From assembly GCA_041941795.1 (NCBI GenBank), contig CP145872.1:120001-152000 (forward strand): DNA of 32,000 nt. The letters run 5' to 3'. Shown here one piece after another: positions 27,218-32,000 of the stretch. The notes under the pieces were generated by a model. That model saw only the letters and a program-made list of their open reading frames with translations. It did no database searches and was not told the origin of the DNA. Position numbers and translations under genes: made by a program. The number at the start of each line of letters is the position of its first letter. Position 1 is the stretch's first letter. This DNA is from Candidatus Saccharimonadota bacterium (GTDB taxonomy: Bacteria; Pseudomonadota; Gammaproteobacteria; Enterobacterales; Enterobacteriaceae).

Positions 27218-28627
27218 ATGATAAAAATTTACAATACTTTAACTCATACTAAAGAAAAATTTATACCTATTACTTTAAATAAAGTTGGGATGTATGTATG
27301 TGGTGTCACTGTTTACGACCTATGTCATATTGGTCATGGTCGCACATTTGTAGTATTTGATATGATCGCCCGATATTTTCGGTATAGAGGATATAACTTA
27401 AAATATGTTCGTAATATTACAGACATTGATGATAAAATTATCCATCGCGCTCGTGAAAAAAGAGAACATATTAAACTGTTTACGACTCATATAATCAAAG
27501 AAATGAATAATGATTTTTTGGCTCTGAATATTCTCCCACCCGATATCGAACCCCTTGCTACCAATCATATCAAAGATATCATTAAAATAATTAATGATCT
27601 TTTGCATCATAATTCTGCCTATCTCGCCGAGAATGGTGATATTTTTTTTGATGTTAATAGCTATCTTAATTATGGAGTTTTATCACGCCAAAATCTTAAA
27701 AATCTCCAAGAGACTACAAAGAATTGTCACATGAATTATAAGCGTAATACTATGGATTTTGTTTTATGGAAAAAAAAAATCAATAATTATGAACCCAGTT
27801 GGACTTCCCCTTGGGGAGAAGGGCGACCGGGATGGCATATTGAATGTTCGGCTATGAATAAAAAATATTTAGGAAAACATTTTGATATTCATGGTGGAGG
27901 ACTAGATCTTATTTTTCCTCATCATGAAAACGAAATAGCGCAGTCATGCTGTATAGCTAAAAATCCGTATGTAAATTATTGGATCCATTCTGGAATGATG
28001 TTAATGGAATCAAAAAAAATGTCTAAATCATTAAATAATTATTTAACTATTCGCCAACTTCTAAAATATTACCATCCCGAAAGTATTCGATTTTTTCTGC
28101 TATCAAGTCATTATCGAAGAACCTTAAGTTATAGTGATCTTCGGATCCAGGAGGCACATAATGCTTTATCCCGTCTTTATACTGCTCTAAGTAGTACTGA
28201 GGAAGATTATTGGAACGAATCAGTAAAAATGCAGAAAATAGACTTATTTAGACAGAAATTTCTGAATGCTATGGATGATGATTTTAATACCCCTGCCGCA
28301 TATTCAGTGTTGTTCGAACTCGCGCGAGAGATCAATATATATAAGAAAAAAAATCTTCCTTCCGTAGTGAAAATATTAGCTACTAATTTACGTTTTCTCG
28401 GTGGTATTTTGGGCATTTTACAACATAGCCCCCGGGAATTTTTACAAAGTCATTTATATTCGCATAAAAAACATGACCAATTCATCATAGAATCTTTGAT
28501 TATGAGACGTAATGAAGCTCGTAAAAGAAAAAATTGGGAGCAAGCAGATCTGTGTCGTAAAAAATTAACAAACATGGGCATTATTTTAGAGGATAAACCT
28601 AGTGGAACTACATGGCGTCGCAATTAA
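27218..28627 (+). CDS. cysS: Cysteine--tRNA ligase
   Basis: The 469 aa product has the HIGH motif (CHIGHGRT), KMSKS, and the zinc ligand context MYVCG and HIECSAMN. It is colinear with E. coli CysRS. Confidence 0.97.
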   Translation: MIKIYNTLTHTKEKFIPITLNKVGMYVCGVTVYDLCHIGHGRTFVVFDMIARYFRYRGYNLKYVRNITDIDDKIIHRAREKREHIKLFTTHIIKEMNNDFLALNILPPDIEPLATNHIKDIIKIINDLLHHNSAYLAENGDIFFDVNSYLNYGVLSRQNLKNLQETTKNCHMNYKRNTMDFVLWKKKINNYEPSWTSPWGEGRPGWHIECSAMNKKYLGKHFDIHGGGLDLIFPHHENEIAQSCCIAKNPYVNYWIHSGMMLMESKKMSKSLNNYLTIRQLLKYYHPESIRFFLLSSHYRRTLSYSDLRIQEAHNALSRLYTALSSTEEDYWNESVKMQKIDLFRQKFLNAMDDDFNTPAAYSVLFELAREINIYKKKNLPSVVKILATNLRFLGGILGILQHSPREFLQSHLYSHKKHDQFIIESLIMRRNEARKRKNWEQADLCRKKLTNMGIILEDKPSGTTWRRN

Positions 28628-28861
28628 ATAATAACTCCTTATATTTTATCAAAATTACATCTAATGACTAAAATCTAAGTTGTTGAAAAAAAATTTAGAA
28701 AAAATAACACTATTTCATAGTGAGTATGCAAAAACCACTCAGTAGATATTCTCTGTTAGAGTAAAATATAAAAAAATAATTTTTGGGGAGGCTGATATCT
28801 CTCATCAACAGATTAAAAGTCATATTAGGAATTAATAACATTGATTAATAGTTTTAAATAA

Positions 28862-30439
28862 ATGAATCGTAAAGTAGAACATAAAAATATATTTTTTAAG
28901 TCATTGGGGATAGTAAGTTTCATCACTTTTATTTCCCGTGTCTCCGGTTTTGCAAGAGATACTATAGTTGCACGAATTTTGGGAGCGGGGATCCAAACGG
29001 ATGCATTCTTTGTCGCATTTAAATTACCTAATTTATTGCGACGAATTTTTGGAGAAGGAGCGTTTTCTCAAGCTTTTGTACCTATCTTGGCAGAATATAA
29101 AACTAAGAACAATCTACGAGCAGCTAAGTTATTAATTTCTAGCACTTCGGGATTGATGATTTTAATTTTAGCTATCCTGACTGTAGGAGGAATAGCATTT
29201 TCTCCATGGATAATTTTATTGACTGCTCCGGGATTTACTCATATGCCAACTAAATTTTTACTAACATCCTCCTTACTACGAGTAACATTTCCTTATATTT
29301 TTCTTATATCATTAACATCGTTAGCAGGATCTGTGCTGAATACTTGGAAAATTTTTGCTATTCCAGCTTTTGTTCCCACATTATTAAACCTGAGCATAAT
29401 TATATTTTCTTTCTTTGCTATTAAATATTTTCATCCCCCTATCTTTGCTCTAGCTTGGGCGGTAATAGTGGGAGGTATACTACAATTAATTTTTCAATTG
29501 CCCTTTTTAAGAAAAATTGGGATGTTAGTTTTACCAAAAATTAATTTAAATGTGGGACTATTACGCGTTTTAAAGCTTATGCTTCCTGCTATTATTGGGG
29601 TATCAATTCACCAAATTTCTATGGTAATGACTACTGTGTATACTTCTTTTCTCATATCGGGATCTATCTCATGGCTTTATTATGCAGATCGTCTCATGGA
29701 ATTTCCGTGTGGGATTTTAGGAGTGTCTTTGGTCACTATTTTATTACCATCACTTACTCATACTGCCACTAAGAAAAAATATGCAGAATATTCCTTTTTA
29801 TTAGATCGCGCATTAAGAGTATGTCTTATATTTGCTATTCCTAGTGCAGTAGCTTTAGGAATCTTAGCCAGGCCATTAATAATACTGCTATTTCAGTATA
29901 AAAAATTTACTAGTTTTGATACGTTTATGACCGAACAAATATTATCATCATATGCACTAGGTTTAATAGGTTTAATTCTCGTAAAAATTTTAGCCGCCGC
30001 TTTTTATTCTCGACAAGATATTAAAACTCCAGTTCGAGTAGGTCTAATAACACTTTCTATAACTCAGGGATTAAATCTTTGCCTATATTTATATGTATAT
30101 AGCATTAAAACAGTAGGTGTTATTTTATCTTTTTCCGCGGCTTTAAATGCCATTTTACTTTATTGGCAATTAAGAAAGAAAAATTTTTATATCCCTCAAC
30201 CCGGGTGGCAACAATTTATCGGGCGGATAATGGTTGCCGTGATGGTAATGGCTGGATCCTTGAAAATCATGATGAAGATAATAAACCTAACCCATCCGGA
30301 TGATACACTTAGTACTCTACCATGGGGTATAGTAAACATGCTTACCATGATTACTTTGGGTATTATTATGTACTTCGGAACTCTTTTTTTCTTAGGCATA
30401 AGATTACGAGATTTATCATCTCCCACATATTTTGATTAA
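28862..30439 (+). CDS. murJ: Lipid II flippase MurJ (MviN)
   Basis: The 525 aa polytopic membrane protein contains SRVSGFARDTIVARILG, DAFFVAFKLPNLLRRIFGEGAFSQAFVPIL and YYADRLMEFP. The residues equivalent to the essential Arg18, Arg24, Arg52 and Arg270 are present. Confidence 0.95.
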   Translation: MNRKVEHKNIFFKSLGIVSFITFISRVSGFARDTIVARILGAGIQTDAFFVAFKLPNLLRRIFGEGAFSQAFVPILAEYKTKNNLRAAKLLISSTSGLMILILAILTVGGIAFSPWIILLTAPGFTHMPTKFLLTSSLLRVTFPYIFLISLTSLAGSVLNTWKIFAIPAFVPTLLNLSIIIFSFFAIKYFHPPIFALAWAVIVGGILQLIFQLPFLRKIGMLVLPKINLNVGLLRVLKLMLPAIIGVSIHQISMVMTTVYTSFLISGSISWLYYADRLMEFPCGILGVSLVTILLPSLTHTATKKKYAEYSFLLDRALRVCLIFAIPSAVALGILARPLIILLFQYKKFTSFDTFMTEQILSSYALGLIGLILVKILAAAFYSRQDIKTPVRVGLITLSITQGLNLCLYLYVYSIKTVGVILSFSAALNAILLYWQLRKKNFYIPQPGWQQFIGRIMVAVMVMAGSLKIMMKIINLTHPDDTLSTLPWGIVNMLTMITLGIIMYFGTLFFLGIRLRDLSSPTYFD

Positions 30440-30675
30440 AAATTAATTAATCTTAAGTTTTAAAGATCATAATAAAGATAGCTTGTAAAATTTAATCTTT
30501 ACATAAAGATCATTTTAATGATAAAAAATATTTGTATTTTAAGAATCTTATCCTCTGTAGTTAACTTGACAGAAAGAATCAAAGAAATATGCGTGATCCT
30601 AGAGAATCCTCCTATTAGATGTAGATAACTTCTTTTTTTTGACTATTGTGGAGCATGAGAAAAATAAGCCCATAT

Positions 30676-32000
30676 TCAACTCGATGAAACATCAGCCTCC
30701 GATTTATTAATTAATTTACAGTTATTATTTAATATTTGTATCGGCACGATAATATGCACTTCTCTTGTATTAGCTTTCAGCGCCACTTCTTCCAGAAACC
30801 CCACAATTGCTATCGATAGCGATTCTTGAAACCTTCCCCCACTAGGACATTTATACTGACCAAATTTTCTTATAGGATTAGCATTTAATCGCTGACGAGA
30901 CATTTCTAGTAATCCGAGACGAGAAATATGACCTAATTGAATCCGTGCACGATCTTTGCTCACTGCTTCACGCAAACGATATTCTACCGCCCGCTGATGT
31001 CGAGTAGGTCTCATATCAATAAAATCTATTACTATTAACCCCCCTAGGTCTCGTATTCGTAATTGACGTGCAATCTCATCTGCAGCCTCTAAATTAGTAT
31101 TCAATGCTGTTTCTTCAAAATCACTACCCCGAGTTGCTCGGGAAGAATTAATATCTATCGCTGTTAAGGCTTCGGCATAATCAATTACAATAGAGCCGCC
31201 AGAAGGCAAAAATACTTCTCGTTGAAACATAGACTCAATTTGAGATTCTATTTGATAAAGACTGAAGAGAGGAAGATCTCCTGAATAAAACTTAATTTTA
31301 TCCCTAAAATCTGGTCTTCCCAAAGCGGTAATTTGATTTTTAGCAATTTCGACTATTTTAGGATTATCTATTAATATTTCACTAATATCTTTACGGAGAT
31401 AATCACGAAATGCGCGAACTAGTACATTACTATTTTGATAAATTAGAAATGGTGCATTCTTTCTGGAGGATATATTTTGAATTTCTTCCCACTGTTTTAG
31501 TCTCGACACTAGATCCAACTGTAATATTTCTGATGATTTGCCTACCCCTGCAGTTCGTACTATTACACCCATTCCATTTGGAAATTCTAAAGAAGAAAGC
31601 ATCTTCTTTAGTTCTATTCGAATATCTTTGTCAATACGGCGAGAAATTCCGCCCGCACGTGGATTATTAGGCATAAGTACTAAATAAGTACCCGCTAGAC
31701 TTATAAAAGTAGTTAAAGCAGCACCTTTATTGCCCCGTTCTTCTTTATGAATTTGCACAACAATCTCCTGGCCTTCACCCAGCACATCTTTTATATTTAA
31801 TTTTTTTTGGTTGTCTAAATCATAATTATCTGGAAAATATTCTCTAGCTACTTCTCTAAGAGGTAAAAAACCATTTTTTTCCATGCCATAATTAACAAAT
31901 GCTGCTTGTAAACTTGGTTCTATACGAGTAATTTTTCCTTTATATATATTATATTTCTTCTGTTCGTAACTAGGATTTTCTATTTCAAAATCATACAATC
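30676..32000 (-). CDS. rne: Ribonuclease E, catalytic N-terminal core only; the 5' end (about 23 codons by alignment) lies beyond the right edge
   Basis: The product contains NIYKGKITRIEPSLQAAFVNYG (S1), GNKGAALTTFISLAGTYLVLMPNNPRAGGISRRI, VRTAGVG (5' sensor), AIDINS and VIDFIDM (catalytic Asp). It is clearly Rne-type rather than Rng-type. The stop is at 30676. Confidence 0.95.
   Translation of the reverse strand, partial: LYDFEIENPSYEQKKYNIYKGKITRIEPSLQAAFVNYGMEKNGFLPLREVAREYFPDNYDLDNQKKLNIKDVLGEGQEIVVQIHKEERGNKGAALTTFISLAGTYLVLMPNNPRAGGISRRIDKDIRIELKKMLSSLEFPNGMGVIVRTAGVGKSSEILQLDLVSRLKQWEEIQNISSRKNAPFLIYQNSNVLVRAFRDYLRKDISEILIDNPKIVEIAKNQITALGRPDFRDKIKFYSGDLPLFSLYQIESQIESMFQREVFLPSGGSIVIDYAEALTAIDINSSRATRGSDFEETALNTNLEAADEIARQLRIRDLGGLIVIDFIDMRPTRHQRAVEYRLREAVSKDRARIQLGHISRLGLLEMSRQRLNANPIRKFGQYKCPSGGRFQESLSIAIVGFLEEVALKANTREVHIIVPIQILNNNCKLINKSEADVSSS

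Overview
This is an AT-rich window (roughly 30% GC by eye, not computed) that is tightly packed and almost entirely housekeeping. It comes from a strongly reduced, Enterobacterales-derived gammaproteobacterial genome. An obligate insect endosymbiont of the Blochmannia type is the best fit, but that cannot be proven from this sequence alone. I can support 24 protein genes: pheA (3' part), tyrA, aroF, smpB, grpE, ung, deaD, pnp, rpsO, truB, rbfA, infB, nusA, secG, ftsH, rlmE, greA, dnaX, htpG, adk, qmcA, cysS, murJ and rne (5' end off-window). There are 3 RNA genes: tmRNA ssrA, initiator tRNA-fMet and tRNA-Leu(GAG). All are colinear with E. coli orthologs. The standard genetic code is used, since TGA acts as a stop for tyrA and ung. 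The window is a patchwork of E. coli-syntenic blocks: pheA-tyrA-aroF | ssrA-smpB..grpE | ung | deaD..greA | dnaX-htpG-adk | qmcA | cysS | murJ..rne. They are joined by short AT-rich spacers at the positions where E. coli carries nadK-recN-bamE, nlpI, rimP, argG, folP-glmM, yhbY, ybaB-recR, ybbJ and the flg cluster. I see no CRISPR array, no IS or phage or integrase remnants, no toxin or defence genes, and no unexplained multi-gene locus. In my reading this is an ordinary core-genome window, not a home for a novel system. The observations most worth a second look are these: (1) RNase E is cut down to a bare catalytic core with a degenerate Zn-link. (2) The PheA regulatory domain has both phenylalanine-sensing motifs replaced, next to an intact aroF-tyrA. 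(3) grpE has a near-consensus sigma-32 promoter, whereas htpG keeps only the -35 half. (4) An A7 tract in dnaX sits at the position equivalent to the E. coli tau/gamma frameshift site. (5) All four 10-nt homopolymer runs lie inside genes, two of them in smpB. (6) glmM and folP are missing from their syntenic slot although murJ is intact. (7) There is a cluster of GAATC/GATTC inverted repeats in the cysS leader.
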